Shown here: one piece after another, positions 9,838 through 18,628 of the stretch | Layout: each line of letters opens with the position of its first letter | Position numbering within the stretch: position 1 is the first letter of the stretch | Origin: an uncultured virus (IMG/VR IMGVR_UViG_3300030085_002643) | Lineage: Duplodnaviria; Heunggongvirae; Uroviricota; Caudoviricetes; Kyanoviridae | Virus record (IMG/VR): IMGVR_UViG_3300030085_002643 | Strand: one strand, 5' to 3' | Length of the DNA: 64,000 nucleotides | Notes under the pieces: generated by a model | Told to the model about the DNA's origin: nothing | The model's input: the letters and a program-made list of their open reading frames with translations, nothing else | The model's database searches: none | Made by a program: the position numbers and the translations under genes

Positions 9838-9897
9838 CAACACCCCTAAAACTGTGTAGAATAACACTGTCAAGGTTCAGAGGAGCTTTGATAAATA
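9834..9897 (+). promoter_or_regulatory. sigma70-type promoter followed by a late promoter upstream of cp12
   Basis: TTGACA (9834-9839), 17 nt, TAGAAT (9857-9862) with upstream TG; ATAAATA at 9891-9897. Confidence 0.75.
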
Positions 9898-9921
9898 GTA
9901 CCGTATCATTAGTATACAAAT

Positions 9922-10149
9922 ATGGAATCCATCGAAGCACATATTGCGAAGGACAAAGAAATCCTTCAAGATCCAACTACTAATCCACAGATGCGTCGTC
10001 ACGTTGAGAGTGAGTTGCATGAATTGGAAGAGTATGTAGATCATCACAAAAAAGAAATTGAAGCAGGAGATCATCACGATCCAACGTATCTAGAGTTGTA
10101 TTGCGATCAGAATCCCTCTGAACCCGAATGTCTTGTGTATGACGATTAA
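9922..10149 (+). CDS. cp12: CP12 Calvin cycle inhibitor (auxiliary metabolic gene)
   Basis: C-terminal LELYCDQNPSEPECLVYDD is the CP12 signature. Confidence 0.95.
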   Translation: MESIEAHIAKDKEILQDPTTNPQMRRHVESELHELEEYVDHHKKEIEAGDHHDPTYLELYCDQNPSEPECLVYDD

Positions 10150-10675
10150 TAATTTTATTGGTATATGGGAAAAAGAAGTCCCTTATGAATTATGTGATAA
10201 AACAATAAAATATATTGAGTCGCAAGAACTTATTAAGAACGAAGGTAATGACAATGCACTAAGGGATGATTCAAGTACGTTTCTCCTTGAAGGGGATCTT
10301 TTCACCGAACTTGATAATTATCTAGCACCTGTCGCAGAAGAATATGCAAATAAATGGGGTGCTTTACATGGTGCATGTTTAGCTAACAAAGAGATTAAAT
10401 TACAAAAAACATTACCTTGTCAAGGTTATCATGTTTGGCATTGTGAAAGAAACTCAGTGCAAAACACAAAGAGAGAACTGGTATGGACTATCTACTTAAA
10501 TGATATGCCTGACGGTGAAGGAGAAACAGAATTCCTATTTCAAAAGTTTAGATATAAACCAAGAAAAGGAGACATCGTAATCTTTCCTGCATCATTTACA
10601 CATACTCATAGAGGTAATCCTCCATACACAAAGATTAAATACATAGCAACTGGTTGGTATGTCTATACAGATTGA
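10139..10675 (+). CDS. 2OG-Fe(II) oxygenase
   Basis: GYHVWHCE...YLND...GETEF...FPASFTHTHRGNPP; ATG at 10139 preferred over TTG at 10133. Confidence 0.9.
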   Translation: MTINNFIGIWEKEVPYELCDKTIKYIESQELIKNEGNDNALRDDSSTFLLEGDLFTELDNYLAPVAEEYANKWGALHGACLANKEIKLQKTLPCQGYHVWHCERNSVQNTKRELVWTIYLNDMPDGEGETEFLFQKFRYKPRKGDIVIFPASFTHTHRGNPPYTKIKYIATGWYVYTD

Positions 10676-11117
10676 TGATTATCTCTTAGGACATTGGACA
10701 AATAGGCATCAAGCACAATCCGCTCCACATCATTATTCCAGTATAGAAATCATATGGAGTAAAGTTGAGGGTGGTTATCATTCAAAGAATTATTATCGAT
10801 CACAAGGACCTGATAATCCCTACAGAGAAAGGTACCATAAAACTGATGTGATATCAGATAATAAAATAATTTTTAAAAATTACAATTTAGATTGGACAAG
10901 ATCAGAAAATTGTGATATGATGTTTACATTCGATGGCACTGCATGGCACGGACACTTAGTCGGTGATAAATGCACTGGTGCCATGGGATATCGTGTTGTT
11001 TCTGAGATTAGTCTTTATGGCGAGAAACTACATAGTAAAGATCAAGGTTATGATGAGAAAGGTGATATGATATGGGGAAGTAACGCATTATATAAATTCA
11101 TTCGCTGGGGAGAATAG
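10659..11117 (+). CDS. cpeT: CpeT/CpcT-like phycobiliprotein lyase (auxiliary metabolic gene)
   Basis: GHWTNRHQAQSAP, PYRER, CDMMF and DQGYD..G..IWGS motifs of T-type lyases. Confidence 0.85.
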   Translation: MSIQIDDYLLGHWTNRHQAQSAPHHYSSIEIIWSKVEGGYHSKNYYRSQGPDNPYRERYHKTDVISDNKIIFKNYNLDWTRSENCDMMFTFDGTAWHGHLVGDKCTGAMGYRVVSEISLYGEKLHSKDQGYDEKGDMIWGSNALYKFIRWGE

Positions 11118-11179
11118 CTCAGCGGTAGAGCTACTCGTTTACACCGAGTCGGTCGGGGGTTCGATCCCCTCTTCTCCCA
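11108..11179 (+). tRNA. tRNA-Val(TAC)
   Basis: GGGAGAA/TTCTCCC acceptor stem; ACTCG-TTTACAC-CGAGT anticodon arm; GGTTCGATCC T-arm; CCA not encoded. Confidence 0.95.
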
Positions 11180-11195
11180 TTTGTCACTTCTGCAT

Positions 11196-11354
11196 ATGGC
11201 AAAACCAACTAAGGAAGAGATTTTTGATCTCTTATATGATAACTATTCTGATTACTATACACTTCCCCATTATGGTTTGATACCTGATTGGTATTTGCGA
11301 TATTGGGAACTACACAACATTGTTCTTGATTATCTTGAAGGAGATGAAAAATGA
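11196..11354 (+). CDS. hypothetical protein (52 aa)
   Basis: Manual ORF MAKPTKEEIF...LEGDEK; ATGA overlap with the next gene. Confidence 0.65.
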   Translation: MAKPTKEEIFDLLYDNYSDYYTLPHYGLIPDWYLRYWELHNIVLDYLEGDEK

Positions 11355-12034
11355 AAAAAATGATCGCCATGGTTGCTGCGGCAGCGGTTGCCCTGCCTGC
11401 CCTTTCCGCCCAAAGCAGAGCAGATGATAAGATCACTAAAGGATACAACAGCATGGATGCCATGGGTTGTATGCTACTTCAAGAATGCACAGACAATGTG
11501 GAAGAGGTATTCTCTTTGTTAGATATCTCTAGTCAATATGAAAACCCTGAGAGATATACATTTGCATCACAAGAGTTTAACGCTATGTTGATGACACTTA
11601 ATCAGATTGGTGTCAAAGTATATCTTGCTGATCAGAAGTATTTTCCCATGATGCACCGTGGTGTCTACCATACTGTCAGCAATAATTTCTACCTCAATCG
11701 TAGATATATGGATGATCCTGCTGTCCTGATGCAACTCATGAGGCATGAAGGTTGGCACGCTGCACAAGACTGTATGGCGGGCACCATCAATAATAATATG
11801 ATTGCTATCATCAAACCCGAAGAAGAAGTGCCTATGATCTGGCGTGTCATGGCAGAGCGTACATATCCTGAGAGTGCTGTTCCTTGGGAAGCAGAAGCAG
11901 GATGGGCAGGTAGAACTGAAGGTATGACTCAAGCAGCACTCGAAGCATGTGCCACTGGTAAGATGTGGGAAATCTATGAACCAACTCCTATGACAGGTGA
12001 ATGGTTAAAGGAGAACGGATACCTGTCTAAATAA
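11351..12034 (+). CDS. exported zincin-like (HEXXH) protein
   Basis: Signal-peptide-like MKKMIAMVAAAAVALPALSA; RHEGWHAAQD and downstream EAEA. Confidence 0.7.
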   Translation: MKKMIAMVAAAAVALPALSAQSRADDKITKGYNSMDAMGCMLLQECTDNVEEVFSLLDISSQYENPERYTFASQEFNAMLMTLNQIGVKVYLADQKYFPMMHRGVYHTVSNNFYLNRRYMDDPAVLMQLMRHEGWHAAQDCMAGTINNNMIAIIKPEEEVPMIWRVMAERTYPESAVPWEAEAGWAGRTEGMTQAALEACATGKMWEIYEPTPMTGEWLKENGYLSK

Positions 12035-12055
12035 TCTTGTAGAATTTCTAAGAAT

Positions 12056-14599
12056 ATGCAAACCATTGATGGTATTGTAAATGAACCTACAATCAATTTC
12101 GTCGGAAAGGATGGTTTCTTTTGGTGGGTTGGTGAAGTAGAGGATAATGAAGATCCAATGGAACTCGGACGTGTGAAAGTTCGAGTCTTGGGTTATTATA
12201 CAAATGTACGAGGAGGTACTACAACATCCCTTCCTACAGAAAATCTGCCTTGGGCAACATGCTTGCAGCATACTTCTCAAGCAGGTAATGATGGTCAAGG
12301 TGAAAGTTCGGGACAACTCCAACCTGGCGCAATCGTCATGGGATTTTTCATGGACGGTGAACAGGCACAGATGCCTATTGTCATCGGAGTTCTCCGTGTT
12401 CAAAAATCAAATGATACTAAGATAAAGCAACAGTTTGCTTTTACTGGTGAAGCAATGGAACCTGGTTTGAGTGTTAACGCATCTGCGTTACATCCATCTC
12501 AACCTAATTCCACTATGGCAGGAACTAAGGAAGAAGGTTTCTTAAGACAAAGTGATAATAATGCTGTTGCTCTTCCTGGTTCTCAGAGAGCTGATGCAGG
12601 TGGACCAGGTTCTCCTAAGAGTGTTGCAACTTCGCCTGGTGTCTCTGGTAGTTCTACCAATACTTCTAAACCTAGAGATCCTGAGAAACCTATTCCTGCT
12701 GCCAACGGTGTTGGTGGTCCTTGGAAAGTTTTAGAATATAAACTTGGATATTTAATTGAAGATATTGCTGATACAGCAGGAACTCTTGTCAAAAATGAAG
12801 ATGGCGATTTCCTTGATATCGTTGAAGGTAAGATTATAACCGCAGGTGTATTGACATCTAAGGTGCAAAACTTCTTAAGTGCAGTATTTACTCAAGTTGT
12901 TGCTGCTGTCAGACAATCACTGGCAAACCTTGCAGAATCATTAGAACTTGTATCATTGTTAGGTGGTGCAACTGGTGTACCCTTTGTCACATTTACTGCC
13001 ATTCAAACAGCAGTGCAGACAATTCTAAGTCAACTTTGTGTTGTTGACTCCCAGTTAATGTCGATGATTGCTGATCCTGTTGGTGCTCTCATTGGTTTTG
13101 TTGAACAGTTCCTCGAAGGACTTATTGATCAAGCAACAATGATCAAGAACAGTGTGCAGGAAGTTATCGATCAGATTATCTGTCAAGTTCAGAGTCTTCT
13201 TCAAACAGCATTGACAGTTGTTGATACTGTAAAGACCATCGTTGCTGGTGTAGAACAAGCACAGGAAGTAATTGAAACATGGGAAAAGGGCACTGAGATT
13301 TTTAACGATGCTCAAGATTTTTTCAAAAAAGGATTGACTAGTTTAACTGGTCTAATGGCACTGTTTCTTAAATTTGCAAGCAGTGGATGTAATCGTGAAC
13401 TAACTGGCGGTAAAGATACTGTAGGTTGGTATCCGTTATTTGGTGTAACTCATTGTTCACCAGAAGAACTGGATAGGATTAATAAGATTCGGGGTAGAAA
13501 TAGAGGTAGTTGTGGTGACAATACATCAGGTGGTGGACTCTTAGATAATATTTTAGCAGATGCAGATCCTTATTTGACTGCTGCTAAAAACTATGTGAAT
13601 GGTGCATATGATTTGTTTATCGGCACACCTGGTCGTACAGCAACTATTCAACGTAAAAATAACGGAACTACGCATACATCAGTAAAAGTTAGTCAGAAAG
13701 CATACGCTGAATATACTTTCAAGAAAGCACTGCGTGAACAAAAACCAGATATTAGTGAAGATGAATTAGAATCTAAGTTAAAAGCATACAAAGCAGAGCA
13801 AAGTGGCACTAAAGATGATGTGTTAGTTGCTGATCATTCATCGTATAGTGGCACTAAAACAGAAGAAGTTCATGGTGATAGTTGTGAACAAGTAGATGGT
13901 GCTAAGGTTCAAAACATTGATGGGGATTATCATTTAGATATCACTGGTGATTGTCATATCACTGTCGGTGGATCCTTCATGATGAACGCTGTCGGTGCTC
14001 CCAAACAAGTTGATGCTAACGGCAAACCAACTAACGATACTAAAGTTAAGAAACACGCCATAACTTTCCAGTCTGATGTAGATGTAAACGTTTCTGGTGC
14101 TGCGTTTACACTTCAAGCAAGTGAGTTTAACTGTGGTGCAGTCAATACTAAGATCACTGGATCTAACTTTGAGGTGTCTAGCACGGTTACTAATATTGCT
14201 GGTGGTGAAATCGTACTTACCGCAGAGAACTCTGTTGATATTATTGCTCCATCTTTAACAGAACTTATCAACTTCCCACCTTCTCCTATTCCTAAGTTGA
14301 AGACTGGTATCATTAGAAAGATTGGTGGTTCTATGGAGACTATCATGAAACCTGGTCTTTCCGCTGCGGATGCTATTCCAAGACATATTGTTATGAATAC
14401 AGCAGGTTATGCATTACACCAAAATGGTATTTCATATACAAACTTAGTTCTTGCAGGTGCTCACAACACACTTTGTAAAGCAGGTCCTGTTTCAATTACT
14501 GCGACAGGAGGTCCGTTCAGTGTGATCAGCACCATGGCAGTCAATATTACAGCATCCTTAGCAGTCAACGTGAAGGGGCTTTCCATTTTCCTAAATTGA
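12056..14599 (+). CDS. gp5: baseplate central spike gp5-like (OB-fold plus beta-helix, no recognisable lysozyme)
   Basis: WWVGEVED..DP..LGRVKVRVLG..LPWA, GFFMDG...QMP; C-terminal Val/Ile/Gly beta repeats; TAAATA at 12028-12033. Confidence 0.88.
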   Translation: MQTIDGIVNEPTINFVGKDGFFWWVGEVEDNEDPMELGRVKVRVLGYYTNVRGGTTTSLPTENLPWATCLQHTSQAGNDGQGESSGQLQPGAIVMGFFMDGEQAQMPIVIGVLRVQKSNDTKIKQQFAFTGEAMEPGLSVNASALHPSQPNSTMAGTKEEGFLRQSDNNAVALPGSQRADAGGPGSPKSVATSPGVSGSSTNTSKPRDPEKPIPAANGVGGPWKVLEYKLGYLIEDIADTAGTLVKNEDGDFLDIVEGKIITAGVLTSKVQNFLSAVFTQVVAAVRQSLANLAESLELVSLLGGATGVPFVTFTAIQTAVQTILSQLCVVDSQLMSMIADPVGALIGFVEQFLEGLIDQATMIKNSVQEVIDQIICQVQSLLQTALTVVDTVKTIVAGVEQAQEVIETWEKGTEIFNDAQDFFKKGLTSLTGLMALFLKFASSGCNRELTGGKDTVGWYPLFGVTHCSPEELDRINKIRGRNRGSCGDNTSGGGLLDNILADADPYLTAAKNYVNGAYDLFIGTPGRTATIQRKNNGTTHTSVKVSQKAYAEYTFKKALREQKPDISEDELESKLKAYKAEQSGTKDDVLVADHSSYSGTKTEEVHGDSCEQVDGAKVQNIDGDYHLDITGDCHITVGGSFMMNAVGAPKQVDANGKPTNDTKVKKHAITFQSDVDVNVSGAAFTLQASEFNCGAVNTKITGSNFEVSSTVTNIAGGEIVLTAENSVDIIAPSLTELINFPPSPIPKLKTGIIRKIGGSMETIMKPGLSAADAIPRHIVMNTAGYALHQNGISYTNLVLAGAHNTLCKAGPVSITATGGPFSVISTMAVNITASLAVNVKGLSIFLN

Positions 14600-14608
14600 T
14601 GCTATACT
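14580..14608 (+). promoter_or_regulatory. sigma70-type promoter with extended -10
   Basis: TTTCCA, 17 nt, TATACT preceded by TGn. Confidence 0.55.
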
Positions 14609-14631
14609 AAAGGGGTAACACTGGAGACCCC

Positions 14632-14832
14632 ATGCAAGACACTGAAGTCGCGCAAATTTTCATCAACTTCTCACAGCGGTCTGTAAAGATCCTAGATAAT
14701 GAGGGTTATGACAAAACTGTCAACTGGAAATGGAATATGGAAGGTGCGGCAGGTTTCTCGGAGACTGTTGCTGACATTCAAAGTATTGCAGACCCTGAAT
14801 TAATTACTTATTGTTTCGCTGAATCAGAATGA
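14632..14832 (+). CDS. hypothetical protein
   Basis: 66 aa ORF with GGAG RBS downstream of the promoter. Confidence 0.75.
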   Translation: MQDTEVAQIFINFSQRSVKILDNEGYDKTVNWKWNMEGAAGFSETVADIQSIADPELITYCFAESE

Positions 14833-15047
14833 TTGGACCTATTGGAATTACTCTTCGACAGGCAGAAGACCACTTTGATTTTATTCTAGACTTGTGTGAA
14901 TCGCAGCGTGTTTGTTGGAAAGTCACACGTCCTGACGGAAAATCTGCTATGTTAGTTCCCGTCAATGAAGTACCTCCCGTTCCTGATGAGATTCAAAGTC
15001 AAGTGCAGGAATTTCAAAAACAATTTATGGAGGAAAATGCGACCTGA
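14829..15047 (+). CDS. Phd/YefM antitoxin-fold protein
   Basis: ITLRQAEDHFDFILDLC...VTRPDGKSAMLVPV fits the Phd beta-alpha-alpha-beta-beta pattern. Confidence 0.55.
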   Translation: MIGPIGITLRQAEDHFDFILDLCESQRVCWKVTRPDGKSAMLVPVNEVPPVPDEIQSQVQEFQKQFMEENAT

Positions 15048-15237
15048 AACACGCAAGTCAATGGAAATGCTGTTTCATGCAAAGTGGAACTTGCCAAAAG
15101 CAGCAAAACATGCTAACCTAACTTTTAAGGAGATGAAAATTACTTTTAACGAGTATTGTCATTTCCACCCGCCTTCTTACGATGGGAGTGTGGCGGAATC
15201 GGTAGACGCACCAGACTTAAAATCTGTTGAGAATTAA
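15037..15237 (+). CDS. hypothetical protein, possibly helix-turn-helix
   Basis: ATG at 15037 after GGAGG; WNLPKAAKHANLT resembles an HTH; 3' end runs into tRNA-Leu. Confidence 0.65.
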   Translation: MRPETRKSMEMLFHAKWNLPKAAKHANLTFKEMKITFNEYCHFHPPSYDGSVAESVDAPDLKSVEN

Positions 15238-15268
15238 TCTCGTGGGGGTTCAAGTCCCCCCACTCCTA
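15184..15268 (+). tRNA. tRNA-Leu(TAA)
   Basis: GGGAGTG/CACTCCT stem, CAGA-CTTAAAA-TCTG anticodon arm, long variable arm, GGTTCAAGTCC. Confidence 0.95.
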
Positions 15269-15270
15269 TC

Positions 15271-15344
15271 GCCACTTTAGCTCAGCTGGATAGAGCAACG
15301 GTTTTGTAAACCGTAGGTCGTCGGTTCAAGTCCGACATGTGGCT
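15271..15344 (+). tRNA. tRNA-Thr(TGT)
   Basis: GCCACTT/ATGTGGC acceptor (one mismatch), ACGGT-TTTGTAA-ACCGT anticodon arm, GGTTCAAGTCC. Confidence 0.93.
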
Positions 15345-15407
15345 TGCAGGGGGAGTACAATAGATCTGCATTTAGAAGCAGCGCCCCCTTTACAATAAAA
15401 TATTCTC

Positions 15408-15482
15408 ATGACTGCACTAATTATTGTCGTTGTTCTCATTGCACTTGCAGGAGCACTAATCAGGTATTACGATCCTCACTAA
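15408..15482 (+). CDS. 24-aa single-pass membrane peptide
   Basis: MTALIIVVVLIALAGALIRYYDPH; TAATG coupling to the next gene. Confidence 0.6.
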   Translation: MTALIIVVVLIALAGALIRYYDPH

Positions 15483-16084
15483 TGAAAGTTACGGTTCAAT
15501 CAGATCCATTTCCTTTAATGATTATTGAGGATCTGTATACTGAAGAAGAATTAAATTTAATATGGAATGAGTTGGATTATTATCAATCCAATCAAAAAAT
15601 ATTGAATTCAAATACTTCTCCATCTGTTGATTTGGCAGATGGTACGTCTAGAACCGAAAAGAAAGGATTGTTTGTTGACTATGCCTTTCAAGATAGATCG
15701 CATTCAAATATTCTCAACGTAAGTAGAAAATTATTTGAACATGGTTTGATCGCTAATAGTGATCATCTTTTACAATGGAAATACTTTCAACCAGATAGTG
15801 ACTTCACACTTCTTTCTTATTATGATGATGGAGGATATTATCTTCCACACCATGATAACACTGTAGTTAGTGTGATTTCATGGTTATGGAAGGAACCTAA
15901 ACGTTTTGAAGGTGGTGATTTTGTTTTTCAAGACTATGGTGTAAAACTTACTTGTCGAAGTAATTGTGCAGTAGCATTTCCTGGTCTAGTTCAACATGGA
16001 GTAGAACCAGTTACTATGAAAGAAGAATATAGAGGAAAGGGTCTAGGAAGATATTCTATTTCTCATTTTATGAATTTTCAGTGA
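15482..16084 (+). CDS. 2OG-Fe(II) oxygenase
   Basis: YY..GGYYLPHHD...FEGGDFVF...HGVEPV...R; true start is ATG 15482 (track start lies at the tRNA end). Confidence 0.9.
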   Translation: MKVTVQSDPFPLMIIEDLYTEEELNLIWNELDYYQSNQKILNSNTSPSVDLADGTSRTEKKGLFVDYAFQDRSHSNILNVSRKLFEHGLIANSDHLLQWKYFQPDSDFTLLSYYDDGGYYLPHHDNTVVSVISWLWKEPKRFEGGDFVFQDYGVKLTCRSNCAVAFPGLVQHGVEPVTMKEEYRGKGLGRYSISHFMNFQ

Positions 16085-16100
16085 TCTAAATAAAATTACT

Positions 16101-16457
16101 ATGGAAAATGATATGGGAATATATGACACCATCTATTCAACATTCGATCTTGGACCAGGATTTTGGAATCGAGAATTGCGAACGAAAGACCTAGAAGGAT
16201 TCATGTCATATAATTGGATTGATCCTAAAGGTCAACTCTGGACAGTTGATCATACTGGGACCTATGATTTTGAAGATAGTGGATGCTTCAAGGTTGTAAA
16301 GAATATAAATCGTGGTAGAGTAGCACCATACCCTCTTTCAAAACAAATAGAACTATATCCTGCACATTGGACGGTACATTATGCACCTACTCCTAGTGCA
16401 ATGGTGACATTTGTAGATGGTGTTGTCGAAAACATATTATTCGCATCTGGTAACTAA
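16101..16457 (+). CDS. hypothetical phage protein
   Basis: 118 aa ORF (MGIYDTI...TKDL), TAAATA at 16087-16092. Confidence 0.8.
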   Translation: MENDMGIYDTIYSTFDLGPGFWNRELRTKDLEGFMSYNWIDPKGQLWTVDHTGTYDFEDSGCFKVVKNINRGRVAPYPLSKQIELYPAHWTVHYAPTPSAMVTFVDGVVENILFASGN

Positions 16458-17137
16458 TGGCATTTCTAGTACATCCTCTTCCTCCACATCCTGTATATGT
16501 GAAAAAGGAATACCTTTATGATCATCAAAAAGGACATGGAGAGTTAACACCTGGCATCTGGATTTCAGTTAAGAGTGTTCAAGCAAAAGCATTATATTTT
16601 GAAACACTTCTTACTGAGTATGGTGCTTTGTATGATAAACTACCCTTAAGTGCATTTGTATGGAAGACTGACATCAATCCTGATGATCAGTTACCTCTAG
16701 ATGTTTTAGAACTATGGGACTCTTTTGACTACCATATCACTGTAATAGAAAAACCTATCTTAGGACGTTGCGAGTTCTTTGGTAAGGACAAAAAAATGCA
16801 CGCAGGCGAGTATGAATTTACGATTGACACTGCTCATCCAGATAACTCTGTTATTGACACTAATTTTTCTGAGTTGGACCCCGAACACAAATCGTTCAAC
16901 GTCATCGCCCTCGACAATGGACAATTCGCTGCCCAACCAAACAACCGAGTAGTGTGGAGAGATAATTCTCTCATTCCAGGTAATCTTAAACAACCTGATT
17001 TCAAAGTTTGCACTCAAAACTATGCTGTTGAGACTGAACCAAAATGGTGGACAGTTGGACACACAGATGAGTGGCAATACAAAACCTTAGAGGAGGAACA
17101 ACATGAGCAAGAAAACATTCAAAAACAAGAAGGGTGA
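16457..17137 (+). CDS. conserved hypothetical phage protein
   Basis: 226 aa ORF coupled by TAATG; EHKSFNVIALDNGQFAAQPNNR. Confidence 0.85.
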   Translation: MAFLVHPLPPHPVYVKKEYLYDHQKGHGELTPGIWISVKSVQAKALYFETLLTEYGALYDKLPLSAFVWKTDINPDDQLPLDVLELWDSFDYHITVIEKPILGRCEFFGKDKKMHAGEYEFTIDTAHPDNSVIDTNFSELDPEHKSFNVIALDNGQFAAQPNNRVVWRDNSLIPGNLKQPDFKVCTQNYAVETEPKWWTVGHTDEWQYKTLEEEQHEQENIQKQEG

Positions 17138-17261
17138 CGAATGGTCTTTTGAAAAGACTAGTGAAACCGAAGCAGCGATCAAACGCTTGCATGATAACAT
17201 CAGAGAGCAAGTGAGAAAACTTGAATCGGATGCGGCACCTGATTATGGCGTCGGAAAATAG
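17103..17261 (+). CDS. hypothetical protein (52 aa)
   Basis: Manual ORF MSKKTFKNKKGDEW...DYGVGK with GAGGAGG upstream. Confidence 0.6.
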   Translation: MSKKTFKNKKGDEWSFEKTSETEAAIKRLHDNIREQVRKLESDAAPDYGVGK

Positions 17262-17269
17262 TATAAATA
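17262..17269 (+). promoter_or_regulatory. canonical T4 late promoter TATAAATA
   Basis: Exact match just upstream of the GTG start at 17297. Confidence 0.8.
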
Positions 17270-17296
17270 GACCTGTAGCAAATAGTGTGATTATCT

Positions 17297-18622
17297 GTGG
17301 GAACTCGTAAAATTTCTCAGTTAGAGACAATCTCAGATGCTAACCTCTCGGGAGAAGCAATTCTTCCAGTTGTTGTCTCTGATCCATTGATTCCTAACCG
17401 AAAGGCAAAAGTTAATCAACTCTTCCGTGGAGTTGCACAAGGTACTAAGGCAGCGCCTGGTCTTTGTTTTGACTTGGATCGAGACAGTGGTTTATATCAA
17501 AATGCATATGATCAAATCGGTATTGCCTTTGGTGATGGTGGTTTGTATATGTCTAGGATTGATAATGGTAACAATAGCACTTCACTTTATGTGACCGCTG
17601 TTGATGATACTGCCAATAATACTGATATTGTTTTTGCTCCGAAAGGAACGGGTACTGTAAAAGTAACGGGACAATTTACTATTGATGATGGTTCTTTTAT
17701 CTTAGAAGATGCTCAAGGACCTAAAGCAAGGTTTGAAGTAAGTAATGTTGGAACGGGAACAAACACCCGTATCTTTACACTCCCTGCTATTACTGCTGGC
17801 AACGGCACTACATTAATTGGTGATGACACACAACAAACGCTGAGAAACAAAACCATCCTTATTGATGAAGATAACTTCGTTATTACTGATGGAACTGAAG
17901 AAGCAATATTTCAAATTAACTGGGTTGATACATCAAATGCTAGAAGATCATATTTTCTTCCAGATGCAGGCACTGTAACAACTACGGTCGAACCTACAGC
18001 AACTTCATCTACACTGTTAGATACAAAGGCAGATCAAACTGCATTGGGTAAGACACTGGTCAATCTCAAACTTGCTGCTAACGCTGAGGTTGCAACAAAT
18101 TATGCTCAGTTCAATACAGCAGCACTCGATGCTAATAGAACTCTCACTGTACCTAATCTTTCAGGCACACTTGCATTAACTGATGCAACTCAAGTCTTCT
18201 CTAACAAGAGTGTTGAAACTTTAATCTTACAAGATCCTACGGATACTACTAAAAAGATTACATTTTCAGTTGCTAACTCAAATACTTTTACTAACGTAAC
18301 AGTTCAGATCCCTCCGACAAATGATCTAAATACTGTAGGAGGAGTAAACACCTTCGCTCTCGAAGATGCGACACAGGATTTAGCAAACAAAACGTTAATT
18401 AATCCTACACTTAAAGCTTCTGGATCATCTCCAGTTGGTAGCGTCACTCTTCAAATCGATAATATGACTGCTGATAGGGTTATTAGATTTCCTGATTCCG
18501 ACGCAACTCTGTTATCTACAGAAAACGTTTCTTTTGATGATGTTACATTTGGTGCTGGTATCAGTGCCGCGAACTTAACTGGTCGAACAAGACAACAACA
18601 ATTCTTCTACGCAGGATTTTAA
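17297..18622 (+). CDS. virion structural protein (fibre-like, T.TLP..SGTL / Q.L.NKTL repeats)
   Basis: TRKISQL N-terminus, repeated fibre shaft motifs, late promoter. Confidence 0.75.
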   Translation: MGTRKISQLETISDANLSGEAILPVVVSDPLIPNRKAKVNQLFRGVAQGTKAAPGLCFDLDRDSGLYQNAYDQIGIAFGDGGLYMSRIDNGNNSTSLYVTAVDDTANNTDIVFAPKGTGTVKVTGQFTIDDGSFILEDAQGPKARFEVSNVGTGTNTRIFTLPAITAGNGTTLIGDDTQQTLRNKTILIDEDNFVITDGTEEAIFQINWVDTSNARRSYFLPDAGTVTTTVEPTATSSTLLDTKADQTALGKTLVNLKLAANAEVATNYAQFNTAALDANRTLTVPNLSGTLALTDATQVFSNKSVETLILQDPTDTTKKITFSVANSNTFTNVTVQIPPTNDLNTVGGVNTFALEDATQDLANKTLINPTLKASGSSPVGSVTLQIDNMTADRVIRFPDSDATLLSTENVSFDDVTFGAGISAANLTGRTRQQQFFYAGF

Positions 18623-18628
18623 TTAAAA

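Noticed and set aside
15344..15481. N-terminal extension of the 2OG oxygenase given by the ORF track
   Set aside because: It starts at the tRNA-Thr end and crosses a hairpin; ATG 15482 coupled to the 24-aa ORF is more plausible.
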